Assembly (NCBI GenBank): GCA_965248835.1
Contig: CBDFLJ010000002.1
Location: 992,001 to 1,056,000 of the forward strand
Direction of reading: 5' to 3'
From: Alphaproteobacteria bacterium
GTDB lineage: Bacteria; Pseudomonadota; Alphaproteobacteria; MPNO01
DNA length: 64,000 nucleotides
The translations under genes were made by a program, and so were the position numbers. How positions within the stretch are numbered: the first letter of the stretch is position 1; every line of letters starts with the position of its first letter. The notes beneath the pieces are model-generated. The model did not search any database. It was not told where the DNA came from and was given only the letters and a program-made list of their open reading frames with translations. Shown here piece after piece: positions 38,761-51,209 of this stretch.

Positions 38761-39293
38761 GCCTGGTCCTCTTTGCGCCGTTCCCGCCGGCGGCCGAGCA
38801 GCAGGACCACGCCGATGCCCGCGGTGAAGATCACCGTGACCTCACCCAGGGTGTCGTAGCCGCGATAGCTTGCCAGCACCGCGGTGACGACGTTGGGCAC
38901 GCCCGTCTTGACCGGCCCTTCCTCGAGATAGGTCGGCGCGACGTGCCGGTTGGCCGGTGCGTCCGGATCGCCGTAGCGCGGCATGTCGAGCGTGCCGTAG
39001 ATCAGGACCGCGCCGGTCACCGCGACCACCGCGACCGAGATCCAGGCCTTGTGGACCGGCGTCTTCTCCCGGCGGGTGGTCAGCGCCAGGGTGCCGAGGA
39101 ACAGCACCGTGGAGATTCCCGCACCCACGGCGGCCTCGGTGAACGCGACATCGACGGCATCGAGGACGACGAAGATCGCCGCGGCCAGCAGGCTGTAGAT
39201 CCCCGCCAACATCACGACGGCGAACAGGTCGCGGATGCGCACGATGCCGATCACCGTCACCGCCATGAAGAACAGGATCACGAAGTTGGTCAA
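38757..39293 (-). CDS. DUF4040/MrpB-related subunit (resembles the MrpA C-terminal region)
   Basis: AVDVAFTEAAVGAG, NVVTAVLASYRGYDTLGE. Confidence 0.88.
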   Translation of the reverse strand: MTNFVILFFMAVTVIGIVRIRDLFAVVMLAGIYSLLAAAIFVVLDAVDVAFTEAAVGAGISTVLFLGTLALTTRREKTPVHKAWISVAVVAVTGAVLIYGTLDMPRYGDPDAPANRHVAPTYLEEGPVKTGVPNVVTAVLASYRGYDTLGEVTVIFTAGIGVVLLLGRRRERRKEDQA

Positions 39294-39661
39294 CTCGCCG
39301 ATGGATCCTGCTCCCGCGGGTTGGTATGGCCATCCGGCGGCCGGTCCCTGAGGTCATGGTCGAGAACCGGCGCCTCGCCGGTGACATAGGCGGTGTGGAT
39401 CAGCGAGAACGTCGAGGTCGGGCTGGTGAAGAAGATGAAGATCAGAATCAGCCCCAGCTTCAGCGTGATCAGGCTCGGCTCGACCTGAAGCATCAGCCCG
39501 ATCAGGATCAGCCCGGCGCCGCCGGTATCGGTCACCCCGGCGGCATGGCTGCGGGTGAAGACGTCCGGGAAGCGGACGATCCCGATGCCTCCGATCACGA
39601 CCAGGGCGCCGCCCGCCGCCAGCAGGACCCAACTCAGAATGTCCAGCGCGGCGCCCAGCAT
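39290..39661 (-). CDS. mrpG: Mrp antiporter subunit G
   Basis: RFPDVFTRSHAAG..DT, TSPT. Confidence 0.9.
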   Translation of the reverse strand: MLGAALDILSWVLLAAGGALVVIGGIGIVRFPDVFTRSHAAGVTDTGGAGLILIGLMLQVEPSLITLKLGLILIFIFFTSPTSTFSLIHTAYVTGEAPVLDHDLRDRPPDGHTNPREQDPSAS

Positions 39662-39963
39662 CAGCGTCCCTCGCCGTCATGGGCATGGCCGCCGCTGATC
39701 GGCCCGGTGCCGCCGAGGTCGCCGTATTTGAAGAACTTCAGGACGGCGATGGTGGCGATGAAGTTGATCAGGGCATAAGCCAGCGCGATGTCGAGGAACT
39801 CGGGCCGGCCGAACAGGAAGCCGATCGCCGCGATGAACAGGACGGTCTTGGTGCCGAACGTGTTGACCGCCAGGATCCGGTCGTAGAGCGTCGGGCCGAT
39901 CAGCGCGCGGGCGAGCGCCAGCGCCATGGCCACCATCAGGGCCAGGGTTGCGGCGGTGAACAT
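39661..39963 (-). CDS. mrpF: Mrp antiporter subunit F
   Basis: GPTLYDRILA, DIALAYALINF. Confidence 0.9.
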   Translation of the reverse strand: MFTAATLALMVAMALALARALIGPTLYDRILAVNTFGTKTVLFIAAIGFLFGRPEFLDIALAYALINFIATIAVLKFFKYGDLGGTGPISGGHAHDGEGR

Positions 39964-40445
39964 CAGCCCCCGGCTCCGCCGGTCATCCGCGTCACCCGGC
40001 GGTCCATCTCGCCCGCGGCCAGCCCGTCGGCGGCATCGCGCGACAGGGCGTGGACCAGGATCTGTCCTTCTTCGACCTCGACCGAGACCGTGCCGGGCGT
40101 CAGCGTGATCGAGTTGGCGAAGACCACCCGGCCGAGATCGCTTGCCTGGGTCGAACGGACCCGCACCATGGTCGGGCTGATCTGCGGCCCGCCCGGCATG
40201 ATGCGCCGGGCGACGTCCCAATTCGCCTTGGCGATCTCGCCGACCAGCCACGGCATGTACCAGGCCGCCCGCCAAGTCAGATGGACCGGGTGGCCCTCAT
40301 GGTCGATGACGTCCATCCGGTGGGTGATGAACACCACGACCGCGCACGAGGCGAGTCCCAGGCCGATCAGCAGCGGGTCGTAATGGCCGGACAGCATCAG
40401 CCAGGTCGCGAATAGCACCCCGCCCAAAGAAAGTGCGTGAAACAC
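39963..40445 (-). CDS. mrpE: Mrp antiporter subunit E
   Basis: WLMLSG, EIAKANWDV, ANSITLTPGT, VHAL. Confidence 0.92.
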   Translation of the reverse strand: MFHALSLGGVLFATWLMLSGHYDPLLIGLGLASCAVVVFITHRMDVIDHEGHPVHLTWRAAWYMPWLVGEIAKANWDVARRIMPGGPQISPTMVRVRSTQASDLGRVVFANSITLTPGTVSVEVEEGQILVHALSRDAADGLAAGEMDRRVTRMTGGAGG

Positions 40446-40705
40446 GGCCCCCTGCGAACACGCTTCGTTTGCCGGGATCACCCGAGGGGTGCACCGGCGC
40501 GCGGAACCCTAGTCACCCGAGGACCGATTTTCCAGACAAAACTTGACCGGTACGTGGTTCTACCTTGGCAGACAATCCCGCCGGACCGGCGGTCTGCAGG
40601 CGCGGTGTGACCGCGGTCCGGCCAATTCGCGGTTACGAAAGTGGTGGCACCGCTTCGAGAAATGGTGCTAGAATCGACAAAACAGTTGGGGGGGAGTGTC
40701 GCGTC

Positions 40706-41293
40706 GTGTCCGATTCCCACGGCGCAGGCGAGTCCGTCGAGTCCACCCGTCTGCGCGGCAGGGTAAAGTGGTTCAACGTCGTCAAGGGTTACGGTTTCGT
40801 CACCCCTGAGCACACCCACGGCGATGTTTTCCTTCATATGACGGTGCTGCGCCAAGCGGGGTATGAGAAACTGCCTCCCGGCTGCACGGTGGACTGCTTT
40901 GCCGTCCAGGCGGCCAAAGGCCTCCAGGTTCTCGAAATCCTCGAAGTCGATCTGTCGACGGCGGTCGAAGAGGACGAGTTCGATCCCGGCGGACCGGCGG
41001 CCCCGACGGACCCGACGGCCCCGACGTCCGACGTCCAAGCGCCCGACGTCCAAGCGCCCGACGGCGGCGGGTTCGAGGTCGCGACGGTGAAATGGTTCAA
41101 CCCCCATAAGGGGTACGGCTTCGTCTGCCCCGACGTGAACGAGGCCGACGTCTTCGTCCACATGGTCACCCTGCGGCGCGCCGGGCTCGCCAGCCTGGTG
41201 ACCGGGCAGAAGGTGATGGTCAAGACGGCGCAAGGGCCCAAGGGCCTGCAGGCGGTGGACATTCGAGCCACCGCCGATGATCCCGCCCTGTAG
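40706..41293 (+). CDS. Cold-shock protein with two CSD domains
   Basis: Two VKWFN..KGYGFV / DVF.H repeats. Confidence 0.92.
   Translation: MSDSHGAGESVESTRLRGRVKWFNVVKGYGFVTPEHTHGDVFLHMTVLRQAGYEKLPPGCTVDCFAVQAAKGLQVLEILEVDLSTAVEEDEFDPGGPAAPTDPTAPTSDVQAPDVQAPDGGGFEVATVKWFNPHKGYGFVCPDVNEADVFVHMVTLRRAGLASLVTGQKVMVKTAQGPKGLQAVDIRATADDPAL
41001..41063 (+). repeat. Short tandem repeats in the CSP linker
   Basis: Three 9-mers (c/a)cccgacg(g/t), then two copies of ccgacgtccaagcgc (41028-41057). Confidence 0.7.
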
Positions 41294-41314
41294 CCGTCGG
41301 CCCGGCGCTCGGCC

Positions 41315-42268
41315 TCAGTTCACACCGATTTCGCGCGCGTAGCTGTCCAGCGGCTTGATCGTCTTGATCAGCCCTTGCGCCTTGAGGAAAGCGGCGAACC
41401 GTTCGTAGCGGGCGCGGTCGAGCGCCGCCGGGCGCAGCGCGAACCGCGGTAAGGTATCGCGCCAGGCCCGCCGGTTGAGCTCGTCGTCAAGCTGCTTGCG
41501 CCCCTTGATGAACAGCTTCCAGCTCCGGTCGGGGTGGTTGACCAGGTACTGGACTCCTTCCTCGAGCGCCCGGACGAAGGCGGCGATGCGCCGATCACCC
41601 AGCCGGTCGCGATGGGCAAGGACGATCAGCTCGTCATAGGGCGGCACCCCTTCCTCCTCGACATAGAAGGCTCGTCCCGGCCGCTTGAGGATGTCGAGCT
41701 GGTTGAGCTCGAAATTCCGATAGGCGCCGATGACCGCATCGACCTTGCCCGACAGCAGCGACGGCGAGAGCGAGAAATTGACGTTGATCAGCGTTATGTC
41801 GCCGATCCCGAGCCCGTGGCGCGCGAGCATCGCGCGCAGCAGCGCGTCCTCGAATCCGCCGATCGAAAAGCCGATCTTGCGGCCCTTCAGGTCGGCGATC
41901 GACCTGATCGGCCCATCGGCAAGCACCACCAGCGAGTTGAGCGGGGTCGCGACCAGGGTCGCCACGCGGACCAGCGGCAGCCCGGCTTCGGACTGCAGGT
42001 GGAGCTGCGGCTGATAGGAGATTGCAAGCAGAGCCTTTCCGGCGGCGACCAGCTTGGGCGGGTCGTTGGGATCGGCCGGCGCGACCAATTCGACATCGAG
42101 CCCCCTGGCCTCGAACAGGCCGCGCTCCTTGGCCACGAACAGCGGGGCATGGTCCGGGTTGACGAACCAGTCGAGCAGTACCGTGAGCCGGTCCGCCGCC
42201 GTAGCCGGGCCTGCGGCCAGGATCGCTGCAGCAACGGCTGCGGCGCGCATCGCAATCGGGATCGCCAT
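41315..42268 (-). CDS. thiY: NMT1/THI5-like hydroxymethylpyrimidine ABC substrate-binding protein
   Basis: LLDWFVNPDH, PADPNDP, SYQP, GAYRNFE, YDEL; downstream of a TPP riboswitch. Confidence 0.88.
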   Translation of the reverse strand: MAIPIAMRAAAVAAAILAAGPATAADRLTVLLDWFVNPDHAPLFVAKERGLFEARGLDVELVAPADPNDPPKLVAAGKALLAISYQPQLHLQSEAGLPLVRVATLVATPLNSLVVLADGPIRSIADLKGRKIGFSIGGFEDALLRAMLARHGLGIGDITLINVNFSLSPSLLSGKVDAVIGAYRNFELNQLDILKRPGRAFYVEEEGVPPYDELIVLAHRDRLGDRRIAAFVRALEEGVQYLVNHPDRSWKLFIKGRKQLDDELNRRAWRDTLPRFALRPAALDRARYERFAAFLKAQGLIKTIKPLDSYAREIGVN

Positions 42269-42277
42269 CAAAACCCC

Positions 42278-43036
42278 CTATTTCTCGTCATCGAAGGATT
42301 CGCGCTGCCAGTAGAGGCAACGCCTGAGTACGGTGTCGGTTGCGTAGTAGAGACCGACCGCCATGACCGCCAAGGTGAACAGGGCCGCGAACATCACATC
42401 GACCTGAAGCCGGGCATTGGCGTGCAGCATCAGGTAGCCCAGTCCGCCGCTCGAGCCGACCCATTCGCCGACCACCGCTCCGATCGGAGCGGTCGCAGCG
42501 GCAACGCGAACGCCCGACGCCAGCGCCGGCAACGCCGCCGGCAGGCGGACCACCCGGAGGATCATCATCGCCGAGCCGTTCATGACCCGGGCGAGCTCCA
42601 GCCAGCCCGGCTCGGTCCGCCGCAGCCCGTCGAAGAAGGAAGCGGTGACCGGGAAGTAGATGATCAGGACCGCCATCGCGATCTTCGAGGCCATGCCGTA
42701 GCCGAGCCACAGCACCAGGATCGGCGCCAGAGCGAACACCGGGACGGCCTGGGAGATCACCATGACCGGCATCAGCCAGCGCCGGGCGGGACGGAAGTAG
42801 GCCATGCTCAGAGCGCTCGCCGAGCCGATCAGGCAGCCGATCGCGAGGCCGGCGAGGATCTCGGTCCCGGTGAGAGCGGCATGGTCGAGGATCTCCCCGC
42901 TCCGCGCGGCGAAGGCCGCAGCCACGCGTCCCGGGCCGGGCAGGATGTATGGCTCCGCGCCGGTTGCCTGCACCACCGCGGACCAGACCAGGATCAGTCC
43001 GGCCACGACGACCAGCCCGCGGGCGAACAGCCTCAC
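42278..43036 (-). CDS. thiX: ABC permease (ThiX-like)
   Basis: QAVPVFALAP, APIGAVVGEW..GLG. Confidence 0.85.
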   Translation of the reverse strand: MRLFARGLVVVAGLILVWSAVVQATGAEPYILPGPGRVAAAFAARSGEILDHAALTGTEILAGLAIGCLIGSASALSMAYFRPARRWLMPVMVISQAVPVFALAPILVLWLGYGMASKIAMAVLIIYFPVTASFFDGLRRTEPGWLELARVMNGSAMMILRVVRLPAALPALASGVRVAAATAPIGAVVGEWVGSSGGLGYLMLHANARLQVDVMFAALFTLAVMAVGLYYATDTVLRRCLYWQRESFDDEK

Positions 43037-43815
43037 GGCGCACCGCCGGCGGCGACGAGCCGCTGCAGCAGATCGCGGTAGCGGGACTGCATACGGGTGT
43101 CGCCGGAGTCCCTTGGCGGATGTCCCTCCGGGCGGATCGGCGGGCCGAGCCGCGCCGGCCGGTGCGCCATGACGTAGATCTGATGGCCCAGCCTCAGCGC
43201 CTCCATCGGGTCGTGGGTGACCAGGAGGACGGTCTTGCCGTCGAGCAGTTGAGAGGCGAGGTCCTGAATGCGGACCCGGGTGATCGCATCCAGCGCCGAG
43301 AACGGCTCGTCCATCAGCACGACCGGCCGATCCTCGATCAGGGTGCGGGCGAGCGCGGCGCGTTGCCGCATGCCGCCCGAGCATTCCGCCGGCAGGAGCG
43401 CGCCGTCGCCGCCCAGCCCGACCTTGTCCAGCAGCTTGGCGGCGCGGGCCGTGGCTTCGGGGCCGCACTCCCGACGCAGCCGCGGGCCCAGCAGGACGTT
43501 CTCGGCCAGGCTGAGCCAGGGCAGCAGCAGGTCCTGCTGGGCCATGAAGGCCGCACGGCCGTCGAGCGCTGCACCGTCGCCGCAGCGCACCGTGCATCGG
43601 CCCTCACCCTGGACCAGGCCGGCGATCAGCCGCAGCAAGGTCGATTTACCGACCCCGCTGGGGCCCAGGATGCAGGTCCATTGCCCGCCCGGCAGGTCGA
43701 ATTCCAGGTCCTCGATCAGCGTCTGGCCGGCAAACGCGATACGCTCCGCCAAGACGTGCACCGTCTTCCAGTGACCGTCCGGTGGCCGGCTATGCGTGTG
43801 CGCTTCTTGCTGCAT
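43033..43815 (-). CDS. thiZ: ABC ATPase (ThiZ-like; may start at GTG 43761)
   Basis: GPSGVGKST, SGGMRQR, MDEPFSALD, VTHD. Confidence 0.88.
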   Translation of the reverse strand: MQQEAHTHSRPPDGHWKTVHVLAERIAFAGQTLIEDLEFDLPGGQWTCILGPSGVGKSTLLRLIAGLVQGEGRCTVRCGDGAALDGRAAFMAQQDLLLPWLSLAENVLLGPRLRRECGPEATARAAKLLDKVGLGGDGALLPAECSGGMRQRAALARTLIEDRPVVLMDEPFSALDAITRVRIQDLASQLLDGKTVLLVTHDPMEALRLGHQIYVMAHRPARLGPPIRPEGHPPRDSGDTRMQSRYRDLLQRLVAAGGAP

Positions 43816-43819
43816 GATC

Positions 43820-43913
43820 CACCGATCCCTACGCCGGCATGACCCGGTTCAGGTTCGAGGGGTCGTCCCAGGGGCGGGACCTCTCAGCCGATGCCTCGGC
43901 TCCCCCCAGTGCT
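43820..43913 (-). ncRNA. TPP riboswitch
   Basis: Minus strand reads GGGGAGCC..GGCTGAGAG..ACCC.TCGAACCTGAACCGGGTCATGCCGGCGTAGGGA. Confidence 0.95.
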
Positions 43914-43991
43914 CCAATCACTATGGCCGCATCGCCCGGGCTTGGCAAGCGGTCGCCTTGACCATGCCGGTGCGCCCGCTAAGGTCGTGCG

Positions 43992-44489
43992 ATGGATCGC
44001 CGTGGATTTCTCCGGGCCGGGCTTGGCGCGGCCGGGCTTGGTGTCGGCGCGGGTCTGGTCCCGGGCGGCACGGCGCGGGCCGAGCGCGGCCTGGCGCGGT
44101 TCTCCAAGCTGCCGCTGGCGATCCACAGCGGTGCGAAGATGCACCGCTTCACCGTCGAGCTGGCCCTGACCGAGCGCCAGCAGCGCCAGGGCCTGATGTT
44201 CCGCCGTCGCATGGCCCAGGACGCGGGCATGCTGTTCGTCTACCGCACGCCGCGGATGCTCTCGATGTGGATGCGCAACACCTACATCCCGCTGGACATG
44301 ATCTTCATCGCCGCGGACGGGACGATCGCCCATATCGTCGAGCGCACGGTGCCGCTGTCGAGCGCGACGATATTCTCCGGCCGGGAGGTGATCGGGGTCC
44401 TGGAATTGAACGCCGGGGCGGCGGCCCGACTGGGGCTGTCGCCGGGCGACAGGGTCACCGCCGCGGTATTCGGCGCCACGTCGCCGTGA
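43992..44489 (+). CDS. DUF192 protein with Tat signal
   Basis: MDRRGFL, GLMFR, GMLF, WMRNTYIPLDMIF, VLELNAG. Confidence 0.92.
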   Translation: MDRRGFLRAGLGAAGLGVGAGLVPGGTARAERGLARFSKLPLAIHSGAKMHRFTVELALTERQQRQGLMFRRRMAQDAGMLFVYRTPRMLSMWMRNTYIPLDMIFIAADGTIAHIVERTVPLSSATIFSGREVIGVLELNAGAAARLGLSPGDRVTAAVFGATSP

Positions 44490-44514
44490 GCGCGGGGGCT
44501 CCGGCCGAAAAAAT

Positions 44515-44561
44515 GTTCACATCCTGTTCTTTTTGCTTGTGTACAGGAACAAAGATGGTAC
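44515..44561. promoter_or_regulatory. Two alphaproteobacterial LexA (SOS) boxes upstream of recA
   Basis: GTTC-ACATCCT-GTTC (44515-44529) and GAAC-AAAGATG-GTAC (44547-44561). Confidence 0.9.
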
Positions 44562-44616
44562 ATTGAGCGTCCGTTGCACCTCCTGCCGGGCTATGGAATA
44601 ACCAATGGAGCGCTCG

Positions 44617-45699
44617 ATGACCCAAAGCAGCCTGAGACTGGTCGAGAAGGACAGCATGGATCGCAACAAGGCACTGGAGGCCGCGCTCAGCCAGATCGAG
44701 CGGGCCCACGGCAAGGGCTCGATCATGAAGCTGGGCGAGAACGACCGCCGCAGCGATATCGAGTCGATTTCGACCGGATCGCTCGGGCTCGACATCGCGC
44801 TGGGGATCGGCGGCCTGCCGCGCGGCAGGGTGGTCGAGATCTACGGCCCGGAGAGCTCGGGCAAGACCACGCTGGCGCTGCATGTCGTGGCCGAGGCCCA
44901 GCGCGCCGGCGGGACCTGCGCCTTCATCGATGCCGAGCACGCGCTCGATCCGCCCTATGCCGGCAAGCTCGGCGTCGACGTCAGCGAGCTCCTGATCAGC
45001 CAGCCCGATGCCGGCGAGCAGGCGCTCGAGATCGCCGACACTCTGGTGCGGTCGGGTGCGGTCGATGTGATCGTGATCGACAGCGTGGCCGCGCTGGTGC
45101 CTCGCGCCGAGCTCGAGGGCGAGATGGGCGACATCCATGTCGGGCTTCAGGCGCGGTTGATGAGCCAAGCCCTGCGCAAGCTCACCGGCTCGATCGCGCG
45201 CTCGCGCTGCCTGATCGTCTTCATCAACCAGATCCGAATGAAGATCGGCGTGATGTTCGGCAGCCCGGAGACCACGAGCGGCGGCAACGCCTTGAAGTTC
45301 TATGCCTCGGTGCGGCTCGACATCCGTCGGATCGGCGCGATCAAGGACCGCGACGAGGTCGTCGGCAACCAGACCCGGGTCAAGGTGGTCAAGAACAAGC
45401 TTGCCCCGCCCTTCAAGGCGGTGGAGTTCGACATCATGTACGGCGAGGGCATCTCCAAGACCGGTGAACTGATCGATCTCGGCGTGAAGTCGAGCATTGT
45501 CGAGAAGTCCGGCGCCTGGTTCTCCTTCGGCGACCAGCGGATCGGCCAGGGCCGCGAGAACACCAAGCAGTTCTTGCGCGAGAATGCCGAGATCGCCGAG
45601 ACGATCGAGCGCGCCGTGCGCGAGAATGCCGGCCTGATCGCCGCGGCCCCGATGATCACCCGCGAGGACACGGACGAGCCCGAAGAGAGCATCCTGTAG
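44617..45699 (+). CDS. recA: Recombinase RecA
   Basis: [35 protein letters not shown]. Confidence 0.99.
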   Translation: MTQSSLRLVEKDSMDRNKALEAALSQIERAHGKGSIMKLGENDRRSDIESISTGSLGLDIALGIGGLPRGRVVEIYGPESSGKTTLALHVVAEAQRAGGTCAFIDAEHALDPPYAGKLGVDVSELLISQPDAGEQALEIADTLVRSGAVDVIVIDSVAALVPRAELEGEMGDIHVGLQARLMSQALRKLTGSIARSRCLIVFINQIRMKIGVMFGSPETTSGGNALKFYASVRLDIRRIGAIKDRDEVVGNQTRVKVVKNKLAPPFKAVEFDIMYGEGISKTGELIDLGVKSSIVEKSGAWFSFGDQRIGQGRENTKQFLRENAEIAETIERAVRENAGLIAAAPMITREDTDEPEESIL

Positions 45700-45892
45700 C
45701 CCGTCTTCCGATCGGATCGGGTCGATCCGGTGTACGCCCTTCCGCGCTCTGCTCGAGCCGCTGTAGGGGGCTCGCTGGACAGCAACGGCGGCGCACGATA
45801 AGAGTGGAGGCTGCCGCTGCGTTCGGTCCGACTGACGGGCGGGCTCGGCCGCGGCCTCCATATGTCCGACCAGACGTGCCCGCAATCGGCCG

Positions 45893-48583
<2,691 letters not shown>

Positions 48584-48595
48584 GCCGGACCGGGC

Positions 48596-49810
48596 TCAGC
48601 CCATTGCGGACTTCAGCCGCTCATCCAGCTTGTCAAGGAACTGGTTGGTGGTCTGCCAGGGCTGGTCCGGCCCGATCAGCACGGCGAGGTCCTTGGTCAT
48701 GAACCCCGCCTCGACGGTCTGGCGGCAGACCTGCTCCAAGGCCTCGGCGAAGCGCACCACCTCGGGCGTGTCGTCGAACGTGCCGCGGTAGTAGAGCCCG
48801 CGGGTCCAGGCGAAGATCGAGGCGATCGGGTTGGTCGAGGTCTCCTTGCCCTGCTGGTGCTGCCGGTAGTGCCTGGTTACCGTGCCGTGGGCGGCCTCGG
48901 CCTCGACGGTCCTGCCGTCCGGGGTCATCAGCACCGAGGTCATAAGTCCCAGCGAGCCGAAGCCCTGGGCGGCGGTGTCGGACTGCACGTCGCCGTCGTA
49001 GTTCTTGCAGGCCCAGACGAACTCGCCGGACCATTTGAGCGCCTGGGCAACCATGTCGTCGATCAGCCGGTGCTCGTAGGTGAGGTCCCTGGCCTTGAAC
49101 TTGTCTGCGAACTCCTGGTCGAAGACCTCCTGGAACAGGTCCTTGAACCGGCCGTCATAGGCCTTGAGGATGGTGTTCTTGGTCGACAGGTAGACCGGCC
49201 AGCCGCGGTCCAGCCCGTAGTTGAAGCTCGAGCGCGCGAAGCCCCTGATGCTCTCGTCGAGATTGTACATGCCCAGCGCGACGCCGCTGTCCTCGAAGGT
49301 CATCACGTCGCGGGTTTGGGCCTCGCCGCCGTCGGCCGGCTCGAAGGTCATCGTCAGCTTGCCGGGCCCCGGGATCAGGAAATCGGTTGCCCGGTATTGA
49401 TCGCCATAGGCATGGCGGCCGATGACGAAGGGATGGGTCCAGCCCGGCACCAGGCGCGGGATGTTCTTGATCACGATCGGCTCGCGGAAGATCGTGCCGC
49501 CGACGATGTTGCGGATCGTGCCGTTGGGCGAGCGGTACATGCGCTTGAGCCCGAACTCTTCGACCCGGTCCTCGTCCGGGGTGATGGTCGCGCATTTGAC
49601 CGCAACGCCGTACTCCTTGGTCGCGTTGGCGGAATCGATGGTGATCTGGTCCTCGGTCCTGTCGCGCGCCTCGATGCCGAGGTCGTAATAGATCAGCTCC
49701 ACGTCGACATAGGGCAGGATCAGCTTGTCCTTGATGAACTGCCAGATGATCCGGGTCATCTCGTCGCCATCCATTTCGACGATGGGATTGGCGACTTTGA
49801 TTTTGCTCAT
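48596..49810 (-). CDS. icd: NADP-dependent isocitrate dehydrogenase
   Basis: [46 protein letters not shown]. Confidence 0.98.
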   Translation of the reverse strand: MSKIKVANPIVEMDGDEMTRIIWQFIKDKLILPYVDVELIYYDLGIEARDRTEDQITIDSANATKEYGVAVKCATITPDEDRVEEFGLKRMYRSPNGTIRNIVGGTIFREPIVIKNIPRLVPGWTHPFVIGRHAYGDQYRATDFLIPGPGKLTMTFEPADGGEAQTRDVMTFEDSGVALGMYNLDESIRGFARSSFNYGLDRGWPVYLSTKNTILKAYDGRFKDLFQEVFDQEFADKFKARDLTYEHRLIDDMVAQALKWSGEFVWACKNYDGDVQSDTAAQGFGSLGLMTSVLMTPDGRTVEAEAAHGTVTRHYRQHQQGKETSTNPIASIFAWTRGLYYRGTFDDTPEVVRFAEALEQVCRQTVEAGFMTKDLAVLIGPDQPWQTTNQFLDKLDERLKSAMG

Positions 49811-49937
49811 AGATTCGTCCCTCCGATCCTGCGGTGCCAGAGGCCCCGCATCGGGCTATCAACATCGATTCTCTCCCGATTTGGCGCACCATAACATCGC
49901 GCCCGACGAGCGCAAGCTGGCGGCCCCGCGGCCGTGG

Positions 49938-50522
49938 TCAGAGGCTCTCGGAGGCCGCCTCGTCGTGCTCGGGAACGACCCGCAGCAAAGCCTCGATCGC
50001 GGCTTCGGCGTCGGGCACGAAGCGCATCAGGGTCCGCGTCGAGGCCTGTGCGAATCCGTCCGCGATCACCGCCTCGGCGAGCGCCTCGAGCCGGTCCCAG
50101 TACCCGTCGGTGCTGACGATCACCATCGGCCGTGTGTGCAGGCCGAGCTGGCGCCAGGTGACCAGCTCTATCACCTCGTCCAGCGTTCCGAGCCCGCCGG
50201 GCAGCGCGCACGCGGCCTGGCTCAACTCGAACATGAGCTGCTTGCGCTCGTGCATGGTTGCCACGACGTGCACCGCGCTCAGACCCTTGTGGTTCGGCTC
50301 GCGGTCGACCAGGAAGGTCGGAATGACCCCCACGACCTCGCCGCCGGCCGCGAGCGCACTGTCGGCTACCGCGCCCATCATGCCGACCCCACCACCGCCG
50401 TAGACGATCCTGACTCCGTTCTCCGCCAGGCCGCGGCCGAGCTCTGCGGCGCTGCGGCGGTAGTTTTCCGATTTCCCGGCCGAGGAGCCGCAAAAGACGC
50501 TGACGGATTCGATGGCGGTCAT
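49938..50522 (-). CDS. LOG-family (TIGR00730) nucleotide phosphoribohydrolase
   Basis: VFCGSS, YGGG..GMMG, MHERK, PGGLGTLDE. Confidence 0.93.
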   Translation of the reverse strand: MTAIESVSVFCGSSAGKSENYRRSAAELGRGLAENGVRIVYGGGGVGMMGAVADSALAAGGEVVGVIPTFLVDREPNHKGLSAVHVVATMHERKQLMFELSQAACALPGGLGTLDEVIELVTWRQLGLHTRPMVIVSTDGYWDRLEALAEAVIADGFAQASTRTLMRFVPDAEAAIEALLRVVPEHDEAASESL

Positions 50523-50695
50523 GGCTGCTCCGGCGAGGCTTCGGGTGGCGGATCGAACCACAGCGGCGGGCGTCCGACAAGTCGGCCGGCGGGGCGCGGC
50601 CGCGCTCGCATATCCGGGCAACAGGACATCGGCTTGACGCTTCGGGCGAAAGAAGGAAAGCTGGTCCGAGGACAAACAGACATGTGGGGGTTGCG

Positions 50696-51190
50696 ATGGT
50701 CAATGGGATGTCGAAGGTGGCGATCGTCGGACTTGTGCTGGGAGCCGCGGTCGCCTTAGCGCCTGTGGCCGCCTCGGCGGCGGGGGAGAAGGATCCCGTC
50801 GCCGTCAGGCAGGCCATGATGAAAGAGCTCGGTGCCCACATGAAGGGCATCGGCGGGTTCCTCAAGGGCGGCGCGCGCGCGGGAACGGCGGCTGATGTGG
50901 CGCTGCGCGGCCGGGCAATCGCCGCGGCCGCGGTGAAGATCCCGACGCTGTTCCCCAAGGGCAGCGGCCTCGACGACCTTGGTCTGGAAAAGTCCGGCGC
51001 CAAGGCCGCGATCTGGCAGCGCTGGGACGACTTCGAAGCCGCTTCCCGGAACCTCGGACAGCAGGCGATGGCATTCACCGCCGCCGCAGAGACCGGGGAC
51101 AACGGCAAGATCAAGGCCGCGATGGGTACCCTGGGCAAGTTGGGCTGCGGCGGCTGTCACAGGGATTTCCGGCAAAAACGCCAGAATTAG
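50696..51190 (+). CDS. Class II cytochrome c (c'/c556)
   Basis: Signal peptide, RQAMMK, LFPKGS, AIW..WDDF, C-terminal CGGCH. Confidence 0.9.
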   Translation: MVNGMSKVAIVGLVLGAAVALAPVAASAAGEKDPVAVRQAMMKELGAHMKGIGGFLKGGARAGTAADVALRGRAIAAAAVKIPTLFPKGSGLDDLGLEKSGAKAAIWQRWDDFEAASRNLGQQAMAFTAAAETGDNGKIKAAMGTLGKLGCGGCHRDFRQKRQN

Positions 51191-51209
51191 CCGCCGGCGG
51201 ATCCGCTCG

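Noticed and set aside
33015-40445. Membrane-bound hydrogenase or complex I operon
   Set aside because: No NiFe large or small subunit and no Fe-S Nuo subunits; only Mrp-type genes.
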